A stretch of DNA of 63,414 bases, the filler included, from Octopus bimaculoides (Eukaryota): assembly GCF_001194135.2 (NCBI RefSeq). It is 7 parts of 7 records of this genome, joined end to end, with 100 filler letters (N's around TTAATTAATTAA, not from the genome) between each part and the next. Parts side by side here need not be neighbours in the genome. Positions count along the whole stretch, not along the records: positions 14,020 to 40,851 come from NC_068987.1; 6 more parts are not named here. One strand, written 5' to 3'. Below, one piece after another: positions 24,949 through 36,123 of this stretch. The translations under genes were made by a program, and so were the position numbers. Position 1 is the stretch's first letter; every line of letters begins with the position of its first letter. The notes beneath the pieces are model-generated. The model made no database searches. It had not been told where the DNA came from and was given only the letters and a program-made list of their open reading frames with translations.

Positions 24949-25302
24949 TATAGTTCATCAAAACTCAGTCTTCAGTTCACATTTGTTATTGTCCACTTGG
25001 CCATGTCATAAGAGTTTTAAGACTAGATGTCTGAAAGAACAGCTGAATTACCAATGATTTGGTGAAGAAATTCTCAACCTGAACCCAAGACCTTGAATTA
25101 AGAGCCCTTTAGATAAACTTAGTGAAACTTTTGTGAGAGAGAAGACAGGACCCTGCAATATAAATGTCTATGCTCAATATGCAGAAAAAGAATGAGTAGA
25201 TTCCATGCAGTATAGCCAGTATAAACTATGGATGCACAAGAGGCAAAGCAGGGTCACAGGCAGCTAACAAAGAGACAGATGTTTTATACAGCAGATGCAG
25301 AC

Positions 25303-25583
25303 ATTTAAGCGAGATCGTTGCCAGTACCACTGGACTGGCTCCTGTGCAGGTGGCAGGTAAAATACACCATTTCAAGCGTGGCCGTTGCCAGTACCGCCTG
25401 ACTGGCCTTCATGCCGGTGGCACATAAAATCACCCACCACACTCTCGGAGTGGTTGGCGTTAGGAAGGGCATCCAGCTGTAGAAACTGTGCCAAATCAGA
25501 TTGGAGCCTGGTGTAGCCATCTGGTCCACCAGTCCTCAGTCAAATCATCCAACCCATGCTAGCGTGGAAAGTGGACGTTAAAC

Positions 25584-25615
<32 letters not shown>

Positions 25616-25635
25616 GGATGAGGATGATGATGATG
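25303..25635 (+). mobile_element. RTE LINE 3' UTR fragment with (GAT)n tail
   Basis: Same tail family as 23753. Confidence 0.85.
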
Positions 25636-27503
25636 CACAGGTGCACTAAGAGCCCCAGAAAATAGATATTCTCAAATACTCAAATAGGTCCTTAGAAGTT
25701 GTTGATAAATTCTATTACCTAAGAGACTTGATTAATAACAACAACAATGCACTAAAATGTGGATCATCCTATGCAAAATGAAAACCAACAAAGACATAGT
25801 ATGAAGTGGAGAAGATTAACCTCAAGATCCTGTGTCACACACAAAGGAAATGGTAAAAATTGTGATGATTGATAACATGCAATGCTGAATGAAATCCATT
25901 GACTGGTGTGTCCATGGTGAAAGAGTTGTTGAAAAAGTGGTAGATATGGGGGATAGGATGTGTGTGTGTGTGTGTTTGGAAATGTCATAAGTAACATGCC
26001 CATACAGAGCAGCATGCTGCAACAAGGGACAGTAATGGATTTGCATGCATTTTGACACCTACTCCAACCACTATGCTATTACCATCTATTATTTGATCTC
26101 TTTTACACTACCAAACATGTAACTGCCATTACTGTCTCTCTTCTCTTACTTTCCACAGCTCTGTCACTTTTTTGTCATTCCATCCTCAAACTCCAGTCAC
26201 TTAGTTTTTTCTCCATCATACCTTTGAACGTCTCACACACCTGCCCTCGTTCTGACATTGCAAGATCAAGAGTGTTCTTTAATCTTATCAAAGATATAAC
26301 AGCCTATCTAGTGTTGGTACTATGATAAACTGCATTCAATGCACTCCCTGAATTGGTTTGCAGAGACACCACAAGGTCAAGAGTGCTCATTAGTCTTCTT
26401 AGATATATATCTTATCTAGTGTTAGCACCAAGATAAACTGCATCCAGTGTATAGCTTTAGGAATGGGACCCAGCCATAGAAACCCTGCCAGAATGAAATA
26501 AATAAGTAAAGTTAAACATATATATATATATNNNNNNNNNNNNNNNNNNNNNNNNNNNNNNNNNNNNNNNNNNNNNNNNNNNNNNNNNNNNNNNNNNNNN
26601 NNNNNNNNNNNNNNNNNNNNNNNNNNNNNNNNNNNNNNNNNNNNNNNNNNNNNNNNNNNNNNNNNNNNNNNNNNNNNNNNNNNNNNNNNNNNNNNNNNNN
26701 NNNNNNNNNNNNNNNNNNNNNNNNNNNNNNNNNNNNNNNNNNNNNNNNNNNNNNNNNNNNNNNNNNNNNNNNNNNNNNNNNNNNNNNNNNNNNNNNNNNN
26801 NNNNNNNNNNNNNNNNNNNNNNNNNNNNNNNNNNNNNNNNNNNNNNNNNNNNNNNNNNNNNNNNNNNNNNNNNNNNNNNNNNNNNNNNNNNNNNNNNNNN
26901 NNNNNNNNNNNNNNNNNNNNNNNNNNNNNNNNNNNNNNNNNNNNNNNNNNNNNNNNNNNNNNNNNNNNNNNNNNNNNNNNNNNNNNNNNNNNNNNNNNNN
27001 NNNNNNNNNNNNNNNNNNNNNNNNNNNNNNNNNNNNNNNNNNNNNNNNNNNNNNNNNNNNNNNNNNNNNNNNNNNNNNNNNNNNNNNNNNNNNNNNNNNN
27101 NNNNATATATATATATATATATACATATATGTGTGTGTGTATGTATGTATGTATCTATCTATCTATCTATCTATCCATCTATGTGTGTATGTATATGTAT
27201 CTGCATTGATAGATTGAGAGATATATAGAGGATAAGAGCTACCTTTTCTTTTCAATGTACAGTGTCTCATTGAAAATATTAGATATTTTCATAATCTTAC
27301 AAAACACTGACATATCTTTCATATTGTTAACTGAATTCACTTTTGCTAATTGTTTTACTTTGGGTCTCTTCAAAGTCTAATGCCTATATCTGGTTTTAGA
27401 ACTGTTTCTTGCTTTTGTTTGCAGCCTTGATTGATAAGAGCCATTATTTCAATTTCTCTTATAATTTAAATAACAGGTTTCCCTTTATGTTTTACTTTTA
27501 CAG

Positions 27504-27555
27504 ATGGTCTACCTGTCAATTGTTCTTCATGGACCTGCTATTTTGTTTGAGTTAA
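27504..27555 (+). CDS. SLC5 transporter internal exon, 52 nt, phase 0/1
   Basis: Acceptor ttttacttttacag; MVYLSIVLHGPAILFEL + A; donor gtaagt. Aligns with MLYTGIVIYAPALILNQ of NIS. Confidence 0.9.
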
Positions 27556-27730
27556 GTAAGTACCTCCAAACGTTTTACTTTTCTCTCTTGATATGCCATG
27601 CTTCAGGTATTGGTAATCATGATCCACCTTTTCTTCCTTGTCCCACGCACAACTAAGTATATTATTGAGCTGGTGTTTCTAAAGCCATTTGTTAAGGCCA
27701 TTGAGTATCATCCCTTTCTATCTTCCCTGG

Positions 27731-28119
27731 AGTGGAGGCGCAATGGCCCTGTGATTAGGGCAGCGGACTCGTGGTCATAGGATCGCGGTTTCGATTCCCA
27801 GACCGGGCGTTGTGAGTGTTTATTAAGCGGAAACACCTAAAAGCTCCACGAGGCTCCGGCAGGGGATGGTGGTGAACCCTGCTGTACTCTTTCACCACAA
27901 CTTTCTCTCACTCTTACTTCCTGTTTCTGTTGTGCCTGTAATTCAAAGGGTCAGCCTTGTCACACTGTGTCACGCTGAATATCCCCGAGAACTACGTTAA
28001 GGGTACACGTGTCTGTGGAGTGCTCAGCCACTTGCACGTTAATTTCACGAGCAGGCTGTTCCGTTGATCGGATCAACTGGAACCCTCGACGTCATAAGCA
28101 ACGGAGTGCCAACACACAC
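27731..28119 (+). mobile_element. SINE family A
   Basis: 11-bp TSD atcttccctgg (27720-27730, 28120-28130). Confidence 0.9.
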
Positions 28120-28649
28120 ATCTTCCCTGGTGATTTTTTTTTTCTTTCAGTTTTGCTCTTGTCACCAAATGCTCAAGTCTTCTTCTCATTGTGTCCAATG
28201 AACTGAGCCTGTTGTAAGATCTTGATGTTTTTTTCACCTTATCAGCATAGGACACCTTCAACAGCTTGTGAATGCCTGTAAAATCCAAAATATCTTTATT
28301 TTAATGGCTAAAAAACATCACCCATTATCTTCTGATGTAATGATATTTATTCAACTCATTAAACAATTTCCAGTTTTTTTTTTTTTGTTTTTTAAGGTCA
28401 TGTCAAAGATTAAAATCACTACTCCTATTATCATTATCAGCACAGTGTTTGAGGGGCAAAGCATCACTGCACTCTGTAAACATTGTATCAGAATGTTATA
28501 TTTCATATCATGTACATTATTTTGCTTACATATATATATTTATATGTACATTGATTTGTCATATTTCTTGCATATATGTCATATGCTTCTATATACAAGT
28601 GCTGCTCTACTAAATAAACCTTCATTAGATAAAACTGAAAGACTTAGTC

Positions 28650-28980
28650 TGCAGGTGTGGCTGTGTGGTGAGAAGTTTGTTTTACAACCACATGGTTTTG
28701 GGTTCAATCCCTCTGAATAGTTCCTTGGGCAAGTATCTTCTACTTATAGCACCAGGCTGATCAAAGCTTTGTGAGTGGATTTCAAAGAGTCAATTGAACA
28801 AAATGTCTAGTGGAATTTCACCCATTTTTACATTCCGATTGCAAATTCCACTGAGGTTGACCTTGCCTTTCAGTTTTTCAAGGTCAATGACATCAGTTCC
28901 AGTCAAGCACTGGGGTTGATGTAATCGACTATCCCACCACCTACAAATTTTCAGGCCTTGTGCCTATTATTAGCACTATT
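28650..28980 (+). mobile_element. SINE family B head followed by a partial SINE family C
   Basis: gtggctgtgtggtgagaag..ggttcaatccc; then gaggttgaccttgcctttc..gcactggggttgatgtaatcgac. Confidence 0.7.
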
Positions 28981-29917
28981 AGTTTTTTGTCTTTTCAACT
29001 TCCTCATGGTCCTGTTCCTATGATCCAGCAATAATGTGCATTGCTTCATTCTAAAACTTCCTTCTGCAGTAGTTCAAACCTTGTTGGTTACAAACATACA
29101 TTTTTTGCTTCTTAACAATATGAAAATAAGTATATAAGTGAGAAGCAAGTTATGCCACCTTTTTCAGCCGACCAATTGGTGCCAAAGAATTAATGACCCT
29201 AATTCACTATCCATATCACACATTAATTATGGATTTATTTCTCAAAATACCGCTATTATTAATTGTAAGCTTGCTTTTCATGGACATTTTGTTTTCATGC
29301 ATTGGCTAATTAAATATCCAAAGAAGTTCAACCCAGTTAGTTAAAAGCTAAGTGGTTGTGTTTCATTTGCTACAGGCTGTACAAAGAACCTCATCAACTA
29401 AATACCATGTTCTATTTTCCTAAGCCACTCCTTTTCCCAAAACATTAACCTTACAACAGTGTTTTCACTTGCAGTTTCAAACAATAACATTTCTTTATAC
29501 CCATGCCATTGTGTATATGTATGTATGTATGCATGCATGCATATGCAAAATGTCTTATGAATGCATTGGCTGGCCCTGCCACTGGATGATTAGTGACACT
29601 CCAAATTTCAATTGTGCAATTAAGATCTGACAACTTGAGTTTGCTAGTATTTGCTGTTATGTTAATGGTAGTAGCAATAAGACTGTAATGGAATATCATT
29701 AAGTTTGTAAAATCAAGTAGTAGTGGTTTTTTTAGCCCCAGATCATAGCTGAATGAACCAACTTAGGATCAAACGTATTTCAACTATGACTCTCTTATTT
29801 TTTTATAAGTATGTAGGGAGCACATCACCTAACTTGTATTTCCTTATTTAAGATGGTCAAGTTTAATTTGGGAGAGATTTGGCTGTTGTTTTTAGCAGGC
29901 TGAGTGATCATGTAAAT

Positions 29918-30251
29918 CAGTGATTCTCAACCATTTTTTTTATATATGGATCCCTTTGATTACTATTTTAATCTGGTGAACCCCCATAGCCATTCTATGT
30001 TTAAAAACTAGTTTTATAGAAGCTTTTTTCAAAATTCCTATTTTGTTTTCCACACATTAACTTGCGTAGGTTGAACTATGTAAAACGCCAGAGTAAGAAA
30101 CCCAGCTCTTTCTTGCAATACATACCAATACATACATCTAAAGTAAAATTTTTTTCAGGGTCCCTTATTGTAGATCCCAATTTACTATTTTGTTATGTAG
30201 ACCACCAAAAATCTTATATGAACTGTCAGGGGCCCCAGTTGAGTACTACTT
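29918..30251. mobile_element. Probable hAT-type MITE
   Basis: Ends cagtgattctcaacc / cagttgagtactact resemble CAGTGGTTCTCAAC-type TIRs; no clean TSD. Confidence 0.45.
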
Positions 30252-30384
30252 TACATTGTAAACCAAGGATTTCAAACAGCTTTTTCTTCAGCATACCATT
30301 TCGTCATGTACAGCAGTGTTGGTTTACTTCTTATAAAGAATATTTTTATGAAGGAGAGAATAAAGTTCTAGCTACTGTGACTGT

Positions 30385-30766
30385 GTGGAGGCGCAATGGC
30401 CCAGTGGTTAGGACAGCGGACTCGCGGGCATAGGATCGCAGTTTCGATTCCCAGACCAGGCGTTGTGAGTGTTTATTGAGCGAAGACACCTAAAGCTCCT
30501 TGAGGCTCCGGCAGGGGATGGTGGCGAACCCTGCTGTACTCTTTCACCACAACTTTCTTTCACTCTTACTTCCTGTTTCTGTTGTGCCTGTAATTCAAAG
30601 GGTCAGCTTTGTCACACTATGTCACACTGAATATCCCCGAGAACTACGTTAAGGGTACACGTGTCTGTGGAGTGCTCAGCCACTTGCACGTTAATTTCAC
30701 GAGCAGGCTGTTCCGTTGATCGGATCAACTGGAACCCTCGACGTCATAAGCAACGGAGTGCCAACA
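30385..30766 (+). mobile_element. SINE family A
   Basis: 11-bp TSD actgtgactgt. Confidence 0.9.
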
Positions 30767-31816
30767 ACTGTGACTGTAAGCTGCTCGATATTATTATTGC
30801 TTGATATGCAACCGTCTGCAGCAAATAGAAATAATTGGATAAATATAAAATAATAGTACTCAAAATACTGTTCTCTAGTTCTACAAAACAAAAATTAATA
30901 ATGGGTCCATAATTATTTCTAATGAGAAATAATGTTCATTGATCATATGACTGGTTTAAAGTATGCTGCATGTTCTCTATTAATTTTCGGCATGTTTTTT
31001 TCTGTGAGGTGGACTATATAAACTGGTTAGTGAATGTGTGGTGGTCAGTTGACCAGGAGATGTGAAGTTGGATGACAAAGAACTACAGTCAATCAATATG
31101 AACCTGGGCAATGTAAAACTACATTACACAAGACATCCAGTCATGTACAACTACTTCTTCCTCTCTGGGCAAGCTGGCTTGCAGGGCTGGTCTGTGGTTT
31201 CCCAGCTGCTAACTTGGCTGTTGGAGCCGTTTTCGTGTCAGGAGGCTGCGTTTTGCAACAATATATTTTAAAATGAGTGAATACCATTTTATAAATACCA
31301 TCAAACAAACAATGCATAATTTGTCATTATATCTGGAAGCCGAGAATTACAGACACTGTATTTGATAAAGCTTTTTGTTCTTTTTTTACAAAAATCTTTA
31401 TTAAATCTGACAGTGCACCATTGAAAAGAAGTCGCTTGTGATTACTTTAAAATTCCAGTGCTTCTACAAACCTCACATGCCTCTATAATTTCTCTTGCAT
31501 ACCTCTAGGGATACATATACCCCTATTTGAGAATTGTTGGTATAAAGGACTCCCTTGTTAGTTCATGGAATTCCTTAAATCGAGATGCTATTGTTGTTGT
31601 TTGGGCCAGTCTTTGTTTGATCAGTTTATCCTGCCACAAACATCCCACCTTTATTCTGAAATATGTTCTCTTTAGTGGGTTGGCAGACATGAGAAAATGT
31701 ACTGAAGACCTATCTCAAAACATTGAACCTTACGAAGGAGACAACAGAGGACTGAGATATGAGGAACATTGCTGAAACAAGTAAAAATAACTGAAAGAAG
31801 TAAAAANNNNNNNNNN

Positions 31817-31859
<43 letters not shown>

Positions 31860-31863
<4 letters not shown>

Positions 31864-31985
31864 AAGCTTTTCAGTTTCCATCAACCAAATCACTCTCAAA
31901 GGCTTTGGTTGACCCAGGGATATAGTCATTTGCCCAAGGTGACACACAATGGAATTGAACCCAAGACCACATATGTAGAAAAATT
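31860..31985 (-). mobile_element. SINE family B 5' half
   Basis: Reverse complement of ..caccttgggcaa..ccaaagcc..gatggaaactgaaa. Confidence 0.7.
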
Positions 31986-32334
31986 ATTTTGGTCACTTCC
32001 ATAACTGTCTTGCATGTGCCAGAAACAAAGTGCATTTGCTAAATGGTTAGTAGCATAAAGTGATGCAGCTCCATCAGAAACATAGAACAGGTGTGACTGG
32101 GTTAAGTATTTTACCTTCTGTGAAGAAATCAAGGCAGATGTCAGCAATAGGTGGCCCACATATATTGGAACTTCTCCATTTTGACGGGGATTTTTCAGAT
32201 TTTATTTCATGGTGTCTTTGGAAATGATCTGGAGCATCTTTTAAACAAACTGAAATTTCAGTTCTATATTTAAGAGATGAGAATTATGTACATTATTTAC
32301 AATTGACGGATATTTGTCCTCATCTTGTTTGTTG

Positions 32335-32384
32335 TTAACATAATGTTTCAGCTGGTATACCCTCCAGACTTCATCAGGCGTCTT
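32335..32384 (-). ncRNA. Degenerate minimal hammerhead ribozyme motif (Penelope type)
   Basis: Minus strand GACGC-CTGATGA-A-GTCTGG-agggtata-CCAGCT-GAAAC-ATT-ATGTT: both core boxes, a 5/6 stem II and a partial stem I. Confidence 0.6.
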
Positions 32385-32591
32385 GGGGAAATTTCGAACC
32401 TGGGTTCTCATGCCTAAGGTTTTTTTTTATGTTGTTGTTATTATTATTATTATTATTATTATCATTATTATTATTATTATTATTATTATCATTATTATTA
32501 TTATTATTATTAACCACTACGGGCATATGGCATAGTGGTTAAGAGCGCGGGCTACTAACCCCAAGATTCCGAGTTTGATTCCAGGCGGTGA

Positions 32592-32646
<55 letters not shown>

Positions 32647-33712
32647 TGACACAGACAGACTATATGTACCAAGAAAAAGAGGGGGAAGAGGACTTACTGG
32701 ATGTGAACACAGCATTAGAGCATGAGAAAACAACATAGCATGGTATGTATAAAATGCCACAGAACCGCTAATATTAGAAGTAGGAAGGTCAGGCTTGTGT
32801 AGGATGAAAGATTGCAAAGATAAAGCACTATATAAGAAATTGAAGACGAATGAAACTGAAAATAGGTGGGTAAAGAAAAGAATGCATGGTCAATTTCATA
32901 GAGATGTTGAAGATAAGACAGACAGAGAAAAAAGATGGCTGCGGATGACTAAAAGTGATTTAAAACTGGAAACGGAGGCCCTAATCTATGCTGCCCAAGA
33001 ACAAGCACTAAGAACAGACTACATAAAATACAGAGTAGACAATACATCAGAAAGTGATAAGCTCAGAATCTGTGGACAAAACAGTGAAACCGCATGGCAT
33101 ATTACCAGCCAATGTACACCACTAGCCCAGATGGAATATAAGAAACGCCATGACAATATAACCAGGCTTGTCCATTGGACAATTTACAACAAGTATGCAC
33201 TTGACAGAGCAAAAACTTGGTACAACCACAAACCTGAAGGCATTGTCGAAAATAGAAATGCAAAGATCCTATGGCATTTTATGACTCAGTGCAACCATGA
33301 GATTGAGAATAGGAAGCCGGACATAGTCTTAATTGAGAAAGAAAACAAACTATGCTGGATCATAGACAGCATGCCCAGCTGACAACAAGGTATGTGATAA
33401 GGAAGAAAGAAAAGGCGAGAGATATGACAGGTTAGCTTGGGAAATTAAGCAGTTGTGGTCGATGATAAAGGTAGCAGTAGTACCAATAATTGTCGGAGCC
33501 CTGGGAACAGTGAGCAAAAATCTTGAGAAGTACGTGGAACATATAGGGGCTGCAATAAGGGTGGGGCACTTGCAGAAAACAGCACTGCTTGGAACCGCTC
33601 GAATACACCGGAAGGTGCTCGAAAAATAAGAGGTGTTACCTTAGTTCACTGGTAGTGAACAACTGACACCATAGTACATCTCCAGTGCTAGAAGCTGTGC
33701 AAAGGCAACAAC
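32647..33712 (+). mobile_element. 5'-truncated R4/Dong-like LINE (zinc knuckle region and restriction-like endonuclease) inserted in (TAA)n
   Basis: DRLYVPRKRGGRGL, MHGQF, ETEALIYAAQEQAL, ICGQNSETAWHITSQC..RHD, RKPDIVLIEK..CWIID, VPIIVGALGTV..LQKTALLGTARI. Confidence 0.9.
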
Positions 33713-34839
33713 AATAATAATAATAATATCAAAAAATACCTTAGGAATGAGAACCCNNNNNNNNNNNNNNNNNNNNNNNNNNNNNNNNNNNNNNNNNNNN
33801 NNNNNNNNNNNNNNNNNNNNNNNNNNNNNNNNNNNNNNNNNNNNNNNNNNNNNNNNNNNNNNNNNNNNNNNNNNNNNNNNNNNNNNNNNNNNNNNNNNNN
33901 NNNNNNNNNNNNNNNNNNNNNNNNNNNNNNNNNNNNNNNNNNNNNNNNNNNNNNNNNNNNNNNNNNNNNNNNNNNNNNNNNNNNNNNNNNNNNNNNNNNN
34001 NNNNNNNNNNNNNNNNNNNNNNNNNNNNNNNNNNNNNNNNNNNNNNNNNNNNNNNNNNNNNNNNNNNNNNNNNNNNNNNNNNNNNNNNNNNNNNNNNNNN
34101 NNNNNNNNNNNNNNNNNNNNNNNNNNNNNNNNNNNNNNNNNNNNNNNNNNNNNNNNNNNNNNNNNNNNNNNNNNNNNNNNNNNNNNNNNNNNNNNNNNNN
34201 NNNNNNNNNNNNNNNNNNNNNNNNNNNNNNNNNNNNNNNNNNNNNNNNNNNNNNNNNNNNNNNNNNNNNNNNNNNNNNNNNNNNNNNNNNNNNNNNNNNN
34301 NNNNNNNNNNNNNNNNNNNNNNNNNNNNNNNNNNNNNNNNNNNNNNNNNNNNNNNNNNNNNNNNNNNNNNNNNNNNNNNNNNNNNNNNNNNNNNNNNNNN
34401 NNNNNNNNNNNNNNNNNNNNNNNNNNNNNNNNNNNNNNNNNNNNNNNNNNNNNNNNNNNNNNNNNNNNNNNNNNNNNNNNNNNNNNNNNNNNNNNNNNNN
34501 NNNNNNNNNNNNNNNNNNNNNNNNNNNNNNNNNNNNNNNNNNNNNNNNNNTTGTATCATTTACTTTCTGATTATGAAATACTTAGGACTAACCGAATTGA
34601 CTTGATCTGAAATTGTACGTTTAAACTGAAAAAATTACATCATGAAAGAGCTGTAATAATCACTTTAAAATACACGCATATATCCTGTTACACTTCTGTC
34701 TTATTTCTTGATAATGCGTACACACATACTTATAAGGCATACATACATATATATATATTGTGTGTGTGTGTATTAATGTGTATGGGAAAAATAAGTAATA
34801 TTATTCTTTTACTTTGCAGTCTTTTGCTTTGCAGGCGGA

Positions 34840-34990
34840 AACTGCCAAGCAATAGAACTGGCAGAAACGTTAGCACACCGGGCGAAATGCTTAGCGGTAT
34901 TTCATCTGTCTTTACGTTCTGAGTTCTAATTCTGCTGAGGTCGATTTTGCCTTTCATCCTTTCAGGGTCAATAAATTAAGTATCTTGTTT
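34840..34990 (+). mobile_element. SINE family C (3' truncated)
   Basis: ctggcagaaacgttagcacaccgggcgaaatgc..gcctttcatcctttcagggtc. Confidence 0.8.
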
Positions 34991-35225
34991 ATATTGCTAG
35001 CAAGGAGATAAATCCCTGCCACCTCCAGGGCCGAGACCACCAGATCACGTAATTTCAACCTTCCTTGGTCTCTTCAATGATGGACGATCAACCACTAGAG
35101 CTGGCAACAACTCATCTCTCCACCAGTGACATATAGAAAAACAGTACCAGAACAGGCACTGGTGTCGCAATTAGTAAATGAGCTTGTTAAAACATATACG
35201 TTAGTAACAGGCAGTATTAATACCA

Positions 35226-35889
35226 AGAGGTAATATTTATCCCCACTTAAACATGAATGTTCTGTTAGAACAAACTATACTGTGGCAGATCCCATGGGAG
35301 AAACTCTCATATAGGCTTTTGATGCAAAATGCTCTCTTGTTTATATCATTATTTGTGGAGGCACAATAGCCCAGTGGTTAGGGCAGAGGACTCGCAGTCA
35401 TAGGATCGCGGTTTCAATTCCCAGACCGGGCGTTGTGAGTGTTTATTGAGCGAAAACACCTAAAGCTCCACGAGGCTCCGGCAGGGGATGGTGGAGAACC
35501 CTGCTGTACTCTTCCACCACAACTTTCTCTCACTCTTACTTCCTGTTTCTGTTGTGCTTGTAATTCAAAGGTTCAGCCTTGTCACACTGTGTCACGCTGA
35601 ATATCCCCAAGAACTACGTTGAGGGTACACGTGTCCGTGGAGTGCTCAGCCATTTGCACGTTAATTTCACGAGCAGGCTGTTCCGTTGATCGGATCAACT
35701 GGAACCCTCGACGTCGTAAGCAACGGAGTGCCAACAACAACAACATATATCACTATTCATCTCTCTGCTCTCAATGTAAACAAGAGTGCATTTTGCACCA
35801 AAAGGCCAATATGAAAATTTCTCTCTTGATAACTATCGCAGTATAGTAACAGAATAACCATGTGTAAGTGGGGATAAATATTACCTCTA
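35226..35889. mobile_element. Fold-back MITE with ~120-bp imperfect arms and a SINE A near its apex
   Basis: 35226-35345 is an imperfect reverse complement of ~35775-35889; termini gaggtaatatttatccccactta. Confidence 0.8.
35354..35746 (+). mobile_element. SINE family A
   Basis: TSD atatcattatt/atatcactatt. Confidence 0.9.
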
Positions 35890-36123
35890 TAAAATGGGGT
35901 TTTGTATCATAGAACCAGGGGCAGTTTCAGATGAGTTAGTATCAAAAGGGTTACATAGTTGGAAGAAATAGATGGCATACAGCTGTGGTTCTATGCAAAT
36001 ATTGGTATCAACAATTTCAAGCATATGCACAATATTAGTTGGGTGTTTACTTATTTTCATTTGTTCATTTTATTTCATTTCTTGTTTTAAAATTTGTGTT
36101 TATTTTGATCCATTATTTTCTAG

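Larger units (their letters stand above)
22890..25760 (+). mobile_element. Old decayed RTE-clade LINE (RT region) hosting two younger insertions
   Basis: KDMKARETARPSGIVADMLK, MQFRFVSRRS..LYLAFIN, LRKLGKHEWL, VHQNSVFS (QGSVLSP), KLWMHKR, LEVVDKFYYL, in the correct order. Confidence 0.8.
32255..33756. mobile_element. Composite: inverted hammerhead-bearing arm / (TTA)n / tRNA-like head / (TAA)n [Dong insertion] / direct arm running into a gap
   Basis: 33725-33756 is the reverse complement of ~32402-32433. tRNA-like head at 32521-32595 has A box TGGCATAGTGG and B-like box GAGTTTGATTCC. Confidence 0.7.

Noticed and set aside
27600-28290. Possible transposase-like minus-strand reading split by SINE A
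   Set aside because: No diagnostic motif recognised.
31140-31260. LPLWASWLAGLVCGF resembles SLC5 TM5
   Set aside because: No suitable acceptor or phase, and the true exon is at 36124-36191.
32521-32595. tRNA gene
   Set aside because: No complete cloverleaf or acceptor stem and a mutated B box; treated as a SINE head, like the other tRNA-like heads.
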